Below, piece by piece: positions 56,079-64,000 of a stretch of DNA of 64,000 nucleotides (within the stretch, counting starts at the first letter, position 1; every line of letters starts with the position of its first letter). The notes below the pieces were generated by a model, which saw nothing but the letters and a program-made list of their open reading frames with translations, was not told where the DNA came from and did no database searches. The DNA is taken from contig JABIAY010000042.1 in the NCBI GenBank assembly GCA_018653085.1, forward strand, positions 11,401 to 75,400. Direction: 5' to 3'. The DNA is from Nitrospina sp. (GTDB lineage: Bacteria > Nitrospinota > Nitrospinia > Nitrospinales > VA-1). Made by a program: the position numbers and the translations under genes.

Positions 56079-56273
56079 AACTTTTTTCGTGCTCCATTGA
56101 CTATAGGGTTGATACCGGGTCACTGCCGAACTTGCTCCCCTGAGTACTTACAGGAAGCTTTTCCAGCTTTTGCCCGATTTTGATTAAGGGTATAGAGGGC
56201 AATATGTTAGCATTAACCCGGTAGATTCCAAAAAAATAAAAACGACTCATCAAACGAACTGCGGGAACCTGTT

Positions 56274-58106
56274 ATGAAGAAGGTCATGTTGATATTTCCG
56301 CCGGAATGGGTGCCAACCGCCCCTTATCTGGCATTGCCGAGCCTTGCGGCGGTTCTGCGACAAAACGATATAGAGACTGTGCTCAAAGATATCAATGTGG
56401 AGATGTTTGACCACTTTTTTACCTCTGGATTCCTGTTTTTTGTCCAAAACAAAATACAGGCCCGGTTGAAGGCGCTGATAGAGAAGGAGAGGGGCGAGCC
56501 GTTAAGTCCGGAAGATGCCGAACTGAAACAAATGCTCAGCGACTACCAGCAGATCGACCTGGACTTCCATATCGATAAAGTGGTTCGTGCCAAGAAGATC
56601 ATGCGGGGGCCGGAATTTTATGAGGTCGAAAAAGCCGAGTGGGCGCTCAACGCTTTCAGGGAAGTCATGGAATATATTTCTGTTTGTTACTTTCCCGCCA
56701 GCATCAATTTTTACCCGGTCGAGAGCAACCTCAACGTGTACCGACCCTGGGTCTCTGACGACCTTTTGAAAGTTCCCCACGACAGGCAGGTCAATGTTTA
56801 TGCTGACATCTGCCGTCAGTTGGTGTTGCGATCCGTCAAAAAAGAGAAACCAGATGTCATTGGCATTTCCATCGGTACTCCGGTGCAGTTGATGTCGGGC
56901 ATCACCTTTGCCACGTTGATCAAAGAAGCCTATCCCGATATTCATGTGACCGTTGGCGGCAACATCATCACCCGGCTGAAAGATGAATTTTCCAAGATGC
57001 CACATTTTTTCGGCAAAGTGTTCGACTCGATGATCACTTACGAGGGCGAACACGCCATGGTCTGGCTGGTGGAAGCTTTGTCGGGCAAACGAAAAATATC
57101 TGAGGTCCCCAACCTCATCTATAAAGATGAGGAAGATAAGGTGCATGTCAACGAGACTTATCAGGAACGGGTCAACGAATTACCGCCGCCGGATTTTGAC
57201 GGCATGCCGTGGGAAAAATATTTTTCGCCGGAAAAACTCGTGCCCTATCTGGGTACACGCGGTTGTTACTGGGGCAAATGCACGTTTTGCGATCACGGTG
57301 CCGGTTATATCGACCAGTTTCGTGCCAAACATGCCGACCAGATTGTCGATGAACTGGAGTACCTGAAGAACAAACTCAACGCCAAACATTTTATGTTTAC
57401 CGATGAGTCGTTCCCGCCGGCCCTGTTTCTCAAACTGCCGCCAATGATGGTCGAGCGCGAACTCGATATTTACTGGACCACGCTCATCCGATTTGAGTCG
57501 CAACTGCTGGAGCCGAGTGTGTGGGACATGGCGCATAAATCCGGTTGCCGGTCACTGTATTACGGGCTGGAGTCGGCCAACGAGCGCATCATCAAACTGG
57601 TGAAAAAAGATACCGATATTGAGGCCGCGAAAATCAATCTGGAACAGGCCAAGCGGGTAGGCATCTGGAGCCACGTGATGTGTTTTTACGGGTTCCCCTC
57701 AGAAACCGAAGCCGAGGCGGAAGATACACGGAAATTCCTGTTGCAGAATCGGGATAAGATTCCCTCAGTAGAAATGTATTTCTTCGTGCTCTATAAAAAC
57801 GCGCCGGTGATGTTCGCGACTGATGAGTACAAAATAAAAATTAAGGAAATTCCCGAGCACGATCTGGCTCTGGATTTTTATTACACTCCGGAATCGGGCC
57901 AGACCACCGAAGAAGCGATGGCGCGCTATGAAGATTTTTACCGCAACGATTTCGACCCCTGGGCATTACGCATCAACGCCCGTGAACACGTGTTCCTCTA
58001 CATCACGCATTTCGGTACCAGCGATTTACCCCACCTCTACGTCAAGAACACCCCTGAATCCGAAGGGTTCCAACTCGAATCCAAACCCTGCTGGGACATC
58101 AGATAA
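56274..58106 (+). CDS. B12-binding-domain radical SAM enzyme (class B)
   Basis: N-terminal cobalamin-binding-type fold (VMLIFPPEWVPTAPYLALPSLAAVL...VIGISIGT...HVTVGGN). Cluster motif GTRGCYWGKCTFCDH. 610 aa. Confidence 0.85.
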   Translation: MKKVMLIFPPEWVPTAPYLALPSLAAVLRQNDIETVLKDINVEMFDHFFTSGFLFFVQNKIQARLKALIEKERGEPLSPEDAELKQMLSDYQQIDLDFHIDKVVRAKKIMRGPEFYEVEKAEWALNAFREVMEYISVCYFPASINFYPVESNLNVYRPWVSDDLLKVPHDRQVNVYADICRQLVLRSVKKEKPDVIGISIGTPVQLMSGITFATLIKEAYPDIHVTVGGNIITRLKDEFSKMPHFFGKVFDSMITYEGEHAMVWLVEALSGKRKISEVPNLIYKDEEDKVHVNETYQERVNELPPPDFDGMPWEKYFSPEKLVPYLGTRGCYWGKCTFCDHGAGYIDQFRAKHADQIVDELEYLKNKLNAKHFMFTDESFPPALFLKLPPMMVERELDIYWTTLIRFESQLLEPSVWDMAHKSGCRSLYYGLESANERIIKLVKKDTDIEAAKINLEQAKRVGIWSHVMCFYGFPSETEAEAEDTRKFLLQNRDKIPSVEMYFFVLYKNAPVMFATDEYKIKIKEIPEHDLALDFYYTPESGQTTEEAMARYEDFYRNDFDPWALRINAREHVFLYITHFGTSDLPHLYVKNTPESEGFQLESKPCWDIR

Positions 58107-58191
58107 AGCCGGGAACGCCCGGCGGCGAATTGGTCTGTGCTCGTTAAAGCGAATCACCACTTTTGGGCTTCTGGATGGAAGTTTTAATGAT

Positions 58192-58218
58192 TCCCCCTGA
58201 TAAGGGGGAGGTTTTTTT
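58192..58218 (+). terminator. Rho-independent terminator after the radical SAM gene
   Basis: TCCCCC-TGATAA-GGGGGA followed by GG and TTTTTTT. Confidence 0.65.
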
Positions 58219-58242
58219 ATCCGTGTCCATCTGTGGTTGAAA

Positions 58243-58304
58243 AGGTTTTCGCGGCTCGCGAACGATAGTGAGCGTTTGCCGCACACTGGCCCCACGCCTA
58301 GTGG
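58243..58304 (-). repeat. CCACTAGG-family repeat, truncated reverse copy H
   Basis: ...GCACACTGGCCCCACGCCTAGTGG ends directly against the TAA stop (58305-58307) of the 651-aa gene. Confidence 0.7.
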
Positions 58305-60260
58305 TTAATTTGGTCGTTTGAAGCCGCGCATTTGTGGCACGTTGCCATCGAAGTGGCTTGTTGCTTGATCTGAGGCGGGTTGGATTTCTTTCTTTTCTTC
58401 CGGCGCTTTTTTCTCCAGCAGGAATACACAGAGATCGGGATTGACCTGGTTTTCCGGGCACATTTTCAGGTGCTGGCGGAAGAACGGCATATTGTAAATC
58501 GGATCGTTGTAAAGTCTATCCAGTCCGTAATGCTGAAACAGGCCTTCCAAAGGGCGTGGTCCGACCAGGTAGAGGAATCCGCCAGGCAGAAGGGACCCTG
58601 CCAAAGTTTTCAGCATGCTTTCGCAGGCTTCGCGGTCCTGATGGTACATGAACGGAATCCATTTAAAGATCAGTCCGTATTGTTCGCTGTAGGCATGGGA
58701 GATATGGTCCTTTTCCGGCAGAAACGAAACCTTCTCCAGATTGTTCAGCTGGTCGCGTGACCGGGCGTAGTTCCACAGCAGTTGCGCATTTTTCTGTGCG
58801 AATTCGTTGTCGCTGTACAGGACGGTGTATTCACGTTCTTTGGTGCAATCGATACAACCGGCCAGCACCGTGTCAAACGTGTGAATGAGAACCTTGTTTA
58901 TTTTTTCCAGCCTATGCGGCATGGCCGGGGCCATTTCCATGTAGTAGAAAATCTGGTCCAGCACCATCGGTTGCAGGGAAGACTCATCAACATCGGCTGC
59001 ACCTTCGGGATAAAACGGCACCGTATATTGCGCCTTGATTGGATCGACCACTGGCGGCTCCCCATTGAAGAACCATTTCCAGGTAAACGGGGGCTTGGGC
59101 TGTGCTTTGGTTGGTTGCGTCTGCGGGCGGAGCCCCCAGACGGGATCAAAAGGAATTTCCCTGCCAAACTCCCCTTCCATCAGGATGAACGTTTGTGTCC
59201 CCACCGTGACTTCCCGTTCAATGGGTGGTTTTCTCACTCCTCCGCAATTGGTGAAGGGAAAGGTGATCGGGTCATCGTGAACGGTGACTTTGTAGAGGTA
59301 GCCATCCTGTGCGGTGATGACTACTTTATGGCTATCGCTGAAATAACGTACGGGCGCGTGTTTTTGCGGTGTCCATGTGATCTCATGTGAGGTCATCGGG
59401 TCCATGAATATTTTTTTGATGTCTTTACCTTCCGGTCCCTGTGGTACAAAAAATGCCGAAAAAATGTTGAACGCTTCTTTCGATGGGTAAGTCGGAAGGC
59501 CACGATATCTCAGAGGCGGCAGTTCTTCTTCCCGCGACTGGTCGTTATGGATGCCCCAGATGAATTCGAACACCGCCCCGCCGGTTCCCGGCAAAGTGGA
59601 TTGGAATAGTTCAACGACCGGAATCAGGTCGAGCCGAGCCCAGTTGATCTGGAACATGAAACTGATAAAAAGAGACTTGTCGAAATTGCCTTCGTGCAGG
59701 GCGTAGAGTCCATCTTTGGTTAGCTGGATATTGTATTTGCCGTCTCCCTGATGGATCATATGCTCATCGTTATAGAAGTATTTCACCTCGGAGCAGGGGA
59801 CGCGCCAGGCTTCGGCGGCTTTTTCGCGCAGGTCATCAAGCGACATTTTCTCCCAACCGTCATGACTGCTGATGTCGATTTGCGTCTGGAAGGTTTTGGC
59901 GCGGGGCTTGATGCCGACCCATTGCCGGTTGTCGAGTTGCACCCTGGCCAAAGCCAGTCGCATCTCACCGTCACTCTCGGTCCACAGGGCCTCATGCAGA
60001 GGATGGCCTTCCGGATCGGTATAGAGGAAACGCCTGCCCTTATCGTTGTAAAAGACTATATGCCCGGTTGGGTTGACGGCGACACGGGTACTGGCCACGC
60101 TGGGAGAGCCATTTTCGAACCACAGGGTGCTTCCTTCGTGCTCCTGGGACTCCAGATTGGGGATTTTCTTTTCCAGCTCTGTGGCAAACTCAAGGTTCTC
60201 GGCGAAGGTCAGTGAGCCTTCTCCGGTCAATGCATTGATCAGCTTTTCTGTGTTTTTCAT
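58305..60260 (-). CDS. Large hypothetical protein (651 aa) with a weak methyltransferase-like C-terminal region
   Basis: Long open frame with good coding character. ATG 60260 is preceded by GAGGAG. The C-terminus has LLPGGFLYLVGP, reminiscent of class I methyltransferase motif III, but no clear GxGxG. Confidence 0.6.
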   Translation of the reverse strand: MKNTEKLINALTGEGSLTFAENLEFATELEKKIPNLESQEHEGSTLWFENGSPSVASTRVAVNPTGHIVFYNDKGRRFLYTDPEGHPLHEALWTESDGEMRLALARVQLDNRQWVGIKPRAKTFQTQIDISSHDGWEKMSLDDLREKAAEAWRVPCSEVKYFYNDEHMIHQGDGKYNIQLTKDGLYALHEGNFDKSLFISFMFQINWARLDLIPVVELFQSTLPGTGGAVFEFIWGIHNDQSREEELPPLRYRGLPTYPSKEAFNIFSAFFVPQGPEGKDIKKIFMDPMTSHEITWTPQKHAPVRYFSDSHKVVITAQDGYLYKVTVHDDPITFPFTNCGGVRKPPIEREVTVGTQTFILMEGEFGREIPFDPVWGLRPQTQPTKAQPKPPFTWKWFFNGEPPVVDPIKAQYTVPFYPEGAADVDESSLQPMVLDQIFYYMEMAPAMPHRLEKINKVLIHTFDTVLAGCIDCTKEREYTVLYSDNEFAQKNAQLLWNYARSRDQLNNLEKVSFLPEKDHISHAYSEQYGLIFKWIPFMYHQDREACESMLKTLAGSLLPGGFLYLVGPRPLEGLFQHYGLDRLYNDPIYNMPFFRQHLKMCPENQVNPDLCVFLLEKKAPEEKKEIQPASDQATSHFDGNVPQMRGFKRPN

Positions 60261-60547
60261 TTTTTCAGGTAAACTCCTCGTTAAGCGAAGGATTAATTTA
60301 TAGTAACCCTCGTGCGCTCGCAAGATAAAGTTGTATTCCACTGGCTAGAATGGGATTTTCCGCCTTGTTGACAGGGGGCGATCTGACCTTTATAATTCAT
60401 AGTCTAAATCCGTGAAATATAGACTGTTTCCAGTTGTTTCCGATTTTGTCGGGCCGATAGACCGTGGCCTTGGTGTTCGGGAAATATTTTTATTTTCAGG
60501 GCATCTCCATTAATTACAAACTCATTTTTGTGAAGGCGGTATCAGGT

Positions 60548-63148
60548 ATGGATGAGGGTAGAAATTTCGAGAAACTCGGTTATGAGAGTTTGCAGAAAAA
60601 CAATATTGAGGATGCGAAATCCAACTTCCTTGAAGCGTTGAAGCATATGGAAAAGGCCGGGGATGACACGGGCCAGGCCTATGTGCTTGGCAACCTGGGA
60701 AATATTTTTTTCCAAAGCAAACAGTTCGATAAGGCAGAAGATTTTTACTCCCGTTCTTTGACCTTCATGGAAAAACTCAAGGATGCCAAAGGCATCGAAA
60801 GCTCCCTCGGCAACCTCGGTAGCGTTTATTTTTATCAAGGCAGTCTGGAAAAGGCGGAAGAGAGTTACCAAAAAGCTCTTACGATTATGATAGAGACCAA
60901 CAATTCGCTGGGTCAGGGAATTTATAATGAATATCTGGGCAATACCAGTCTGAAAAAAGATGACTTGGAAGAGGCCATTGACTATTACCAGAAAGCCCAT
61001 GAGTTCATGGTGCTGGCGAAGCAGGATGAACGAAAAATCCAGCAACTGGGAGATAGAGTCGAGTCCCTTAAAAAACACCCCACCTACTTGAAAAAGAAAG
61101 AATCCGCTTTGTTGACCGAAGTGGAGTCCCTCACATCAACAGGACAAAAGACCCAGATCATTGCCAAACTGCAGGATCTGGAAGAGCTTTACTTCCAGTG
61201 GAACCGGATGGACGATGTGGCTAAAACCATTCAAAAAACCATTGCCGCGTTGGAAGACATGCAGGACAAGATCTCGGCGGGAATCTGTTATGCAAATCTT
61301 GCCGGGATTTATCTGCAAATGGCCAGCGAAGGGCAAACGGAAAAGGTGGATGAGGCCGAGGTCAATTTCAAAAAAGCTATAGAGGTGATGGGTGATTCTG
61401 ACAAACGCAGAAACTCGTATCTTCTGGGGAGCCTGGGGAATATTTATCTCAACAAAAACCAGCTTGATCTGGCCTGGGAATATTACGAGAAGTCCCTGAA
61501 GGCCATGCAGGAATTGGGTGACGGGATGGGGGAAGCCAGAGGTTATGCCAATCTGGGTAATGTCAAAAGTCTGCAGAAAGACTGGGATGGCGCTCAGGAA
61601 CAGTATTTCAAGTCTCTGGAGCTGATGGAAAAACAGGAGAACCGGCCTGGAACTGCTCAGCAATGTGAATCGCTGGGAGATATTTTTGCGAAAAAGGAAG
61701 AGTTTGATCAAGCGGAAGATTATTTGATGCGGGCCAGTGACTTGTATGAAGCGATGAAGGAGACAGGGTCGGTTCAGGAAGTGCAGAACAAGTTGATGCT
61801 CATTTTTTCCCAGCCCAAATATCTGGAAAGTAGAAAACAGCAAATTCGCGAAGCCCTCAATAAGCCGGAGGCCGAGAAAGACAGCAAACTCAAGCTGGCC
61901 TTGTTGAGCGACTTGGGCAATGTTCTATTCATGGCCAATGAATGGGATGAAGCGTGCGATTTGGCAAAGGAGACCATTGCCATGCATGAAAAGTCTGGGG
62001 ACAAGGCGGCATTGAGCGCGGCCTTGGGGAACCTGGGGAGTATTTTTATGCAAAAACAGGATTATGACGGAGCCGAGGAAAACTATGCTCGCGCCATTGA
62101 ACTCAAACAGGAGTTGAAGGACCAAAAGGGTCTTCAGGATATATATGGCAGTTATTTGAATGTCCTGATCATGGCGGGGAAAATAGATAAGGCGGAAAAG
62201 CTGATCAAAAAATCCTTAAAGGCTCATCAGGACAGCAACAATACGGCTGGAATCGTGTTTGAGCAACGCAACCTGGGAAATATCTGTCTGCAGAAAACCG
62301 ACTGGTTTAACGCCGAGAAAAGTTATTTGAAGGCCCTGGAAATCAATACCCAGTCCGGAAACAAGCCGGAGATGGCGGAAGATAATCGGAATATTTTTAC
62401 CCTTTATCTGCAAAAGGAAGACTGGGTACAAGCGGAAAAATTTGCGCTGAAATCCCTGGCAATTGCCGAGGACATTAAGGACTATAGAAATGCTTGCGCC
62501 GATTGCCGCATTCTCTCGAACATCTATGTGGAAAAAAAGGAACGCTCCAAGCAGGAGGACTACTACAAAAAGGCTCTGGAGAACTCCCAGACTCTTGGTG
62601 ACCCAAAAGAGATTGTCATCGACCTCAGGTTTTTGGGTAAATTCAATATTGGACGAGGGTACAAGGAAAAAGCCGGTGAACATTTCAGGCAAGCTTTCGC
62701 CCTCTCCACGCAGTTGAACGACAAAAAAGAAATAGCCGAAGACTACCGTAACCTTGGCAATCTCGCCTTTAGCAATGGCGACCGTAAAGACGCCGAAGAT
62801 ACCTATCTAAAAGCTTTGGCACTTGCCCGTGAGATTAAAGATTATCAAGGTGCGGGTCAGGACTTGACCTATCTGGGCAACTTGAAATTTAAAGACATGT
62901 TGTTTGAGGAAGCGGAAAATCATTTCAACGAGGCCAGCAATTGCTTTGAACAAACCAAGAGCTGGACCAGCCTGATTCAGTTTTACTTGACGGTGGCCCG
63001 GATGGAGATCATGGTGTCGCGGTATGACCCCGCAGACGAATTCACCGCTAAAGCCAGGAAAATTGCCAAAGATTTAGGCGATCCGCCGCAGATCATGGCG
63101 GCGCTTCAGGATATCGAAAAATTCAAAGATACGGTCGATAAGAAATAG
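60548..63148 (+). CDS. Tetratricopeptide-repeat protein (about 866 aa, roughly 20 TPR units)
   Basis: Recurrent units of the type A..LGNLGNI(F/Y)...(D/E)..A(E)..Y.KAL. ATG 60548 preferred. Confidence 0.8.
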   Translation: MDEGRNFEKLGYESLQKNNIEDAKSNFLEALKHMEKAGDDTGQAYVLGNLGNIFFQSKQFDKAEDFYSRSLTFMEKLKDAKGIESSLGNLGSVYFYQGSLEKAEESYQKALTIMIETNNSLGQGIYNEYLGNTSLKKDDLEEAIDYYQKAHEFMVLAKQDERKIQQLGDRVESLKKHPTYLKKKESALLTEVESLTSTGQKTQIIAKLQDLEELYFQWNRMDDVAKTIQKTIAALEDMQDKISAGICYANLAGIYLQMASEGQTEKVDEAEVNFKKAIEVMGDSDKRRNSYLLGSLGNIYLNKNQLDLAWEYYEKSLKAMQELGDGMGEARGYANLGNVKSLQKDWDGAQEQYFKSLELMEKQENRPGTAQQCESLGDIFAKKEEFDQAEDYLMRASDLYEAMKETGSVQEVQNKLMLIFSQPKYLESRKQQIREALNKPEAEKDSKLKLALLSDLGNVLFMANEWDEACDLAKETIAMHEKSGDKAALSAALGNLGSIFMQKQDYDGAEENYARAIELKQELKDQKGLQDIYGSYLNVLIMAGKIDKAEKLIKKSLKAHQDSNNTAGIVFEQRNLGNICLQKTDWFNAEKSYLKALEINTQSGNKPEMAEDNRNIFTLYLQKEDWVQAEKFALKSLAIAEDIKDYRNACADCRILSNIYVEKKERSKQEDYYKKALENSQTLGDPKEIVIDLRFLGKFNIGRGYKEKAGEHFRQAFALSTQLNDKKEIAEDYRNLGNLAFSNGDRKDAEDTYLKALALAREIKDYQGAGQDLTYLGNLKFKDMLFEEAENHFNEASNCFEQTKSWTSLIQFYLTVARMEIMVSRYDPADEFTAKARKIAKDLGDPPQIMAALQDIEKFKDTVDKK

Positions 63149-63390
63149 TTGCTGTTTTGACGGATTGCCCCTTTCAAGGGGTCGGCTGGAGCCATTGGCA
63201 AGCCTGGGCTCATGAATGCGGAATGCAAGGTTTTTCAGAGCATAACGATATAAAAATTAAAGGCCATTTGTCTTGACACAGACCTTTAAAAGAAGATAAA
63301 TTACTGGATCGTTGGCTCTTAATCCAGTGGGAAGACTTTGCCCTGTTCGCGGGGTTGTTGAATTTTTAATCATTATAGTGGTGTGAAAGA

Positions 63391-64000
63391 ATGAAGGTCA
63401 ATTATAGTGCTCAATTGATGGAAGAGTCTGCTTTTCGGCATCTCAACCATTTGGAAAGATCCGGTTATCGTGCTGATTATGACGAATTCCATTCCCTTGC
63501 CGATCCTATCTACGAACTCCCTGAAGATGACCGGGAGATTGCCTTTGAAAAGGTCAACCGTCTATTTTTCCTTGAGAGGTTAAAGCTGGGAGATCACGTG
63601 TTGCGTGCTTTGGAGGCGGTAGGTCTTATTCCCAAGCGCAGGCGTACAGTTAGAAAGTCTGCTCTGGAGGTGGCTCAAAAAACGGAGCCTGAGGAACCTG
63701 AAAATCAGGAGGGTGTTCAGGAAGAGCAGGCCAGTGGAGAAGAAGCGGAAGAGAGCCAAACCGCAGTCGCCGAAACGGATGGTGAGGGCGAGCTTGAAGA
63801 TGACGATGAAAAAGATAACGAAATTGCTTATGATCTGGCCCGTGAATTTGAGGAACGCATCAAAGAAGTGACGGTGAAACGGGCGATCAATAAAGTGGAT
63901 GAAGGTTCTAATGTGCTCAATCGTGTTTCCGGCAACCCCCTCATTGAAATGAGAGTTCTGGCGAGCCGGTTCAGCAATCCTGAAGAAGCCCAGGAACTCG
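63391..64000 (+). CDS. Hypothetical protein with an acidic linker, partial; it runs off the right edge
   Basis: Hand translation from ATG 63391 gives MKVNYSAQLMEESAFRHLNHLERSGY...EEQASGEEAEESQTAVAETDGEGELEDDDEKDNE...NPLIEMRVLASRFSNPEEAQEL, with no stop before base 64000. Confidence 0.5.
   Translation, partial: MKVNYSAQLMEESAFRHLNHLERSGYRADYDEFHSLADPIYELPEDDREIAFEKVNRLFFLERLKLGDHVLRALEAVGLIPKRRRTVRKSALEVAQKTEPEEPENQEGVQEEQASGEEAEESQTAVAETDGEGELEDDDEKDNEIAYDLAREFEERIKEVTVKRAINKVDEGSNVLNRVSGNPLIEMRVLASRFSNPEEAQEL

Noticed and set aside
1-64000. CRISPR arrays, rRNA or tRNA genes, integrases or transposases, reverse transcriptases
   Set aside because: By eye I found no regularly spaced short direct repeats, no rRNA- or tRNA-like sequence and no recombinase motifs. 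The only repeats are the two dispersed families described above. This was a visual scan, so small RNAs could have been missed.

Overview
A 64-kb chromosomal window from a Gram-negative-type bacterium. I cannot establish the lineage from the sequence alone. No rRNA, tRNA, CRISPR array, transposase or integrase was seen.

Gene content by region:
- 1-5.3 kb: mixed small genes. These are a partial sensor-like gene, a DUF1566 protein, an HNH nuclease, a PIN-like/DegT aminotransferase fusion, a parvulin PPIase, a HAD hydrolase and a DUF547 protein.
- 5.5-23.4 kb, minus strand: a complete, tightly packed dcw cell-division/cell-wall cluster (mraZ-rsmH-ftsL-ftsI-murE-murF-mraY-murD-ftsW-murG-murC-murB-ddl-ftsQ-ftsA-ftsZ).
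- 23.9-30.2 kb, divergent from mraZ: a System I cytochrome c maturation cluster in the order ccmE-F-H(like)-x-A-B-D-C plus a thioredoxin-like gene. Its CcmE carries CxxxY instead of HxxxY.
- 30-47.6 kb: housekeeping and mixed genes. These include orphan OppD/F-type ATPases, a CheY-like receiver, xth, an M16 peptidase, a TetR module with two palindromic operators, a UDG-family gene, mutS2, a lipoprotein hydrolase, a SprT-like gene, a PII-like gene, yggS and proC.
- 47.9-50.6 kb: a small accessory islet with a GIY-YIG nuclease and an AT-rich DUF2806 gene, framed by three copies of a long palindromic repeat. It is followed by a translationally coupled FGE-like/cupredoxin pair.
- 50.7-54.1 kb: larE and an aspS gene interrupted by an in-frame TGA.
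- 54.2-63.1 kb: a poorly characterised neighbourhood. It holds a 4x[4Fe-4S] NapF-like ferredoxin with a long acidic N-terminus, an acidic small protein, a B12-binding radical SAM enzyme with CX4CX2C spacing, a 651-aa orphan protein and an 866-aa TPR protein.

The most striking non-genic signal is a MITE/REP-like repeat family with the head CCACTAGGCGTGGGGCC. At least 10 copies are present, all intergenic, usually abutting stop codons and in several cases supplying them.

Many gene starts were re-set relative to the ORF track, using ATG plus Shine-Dalgarno context.
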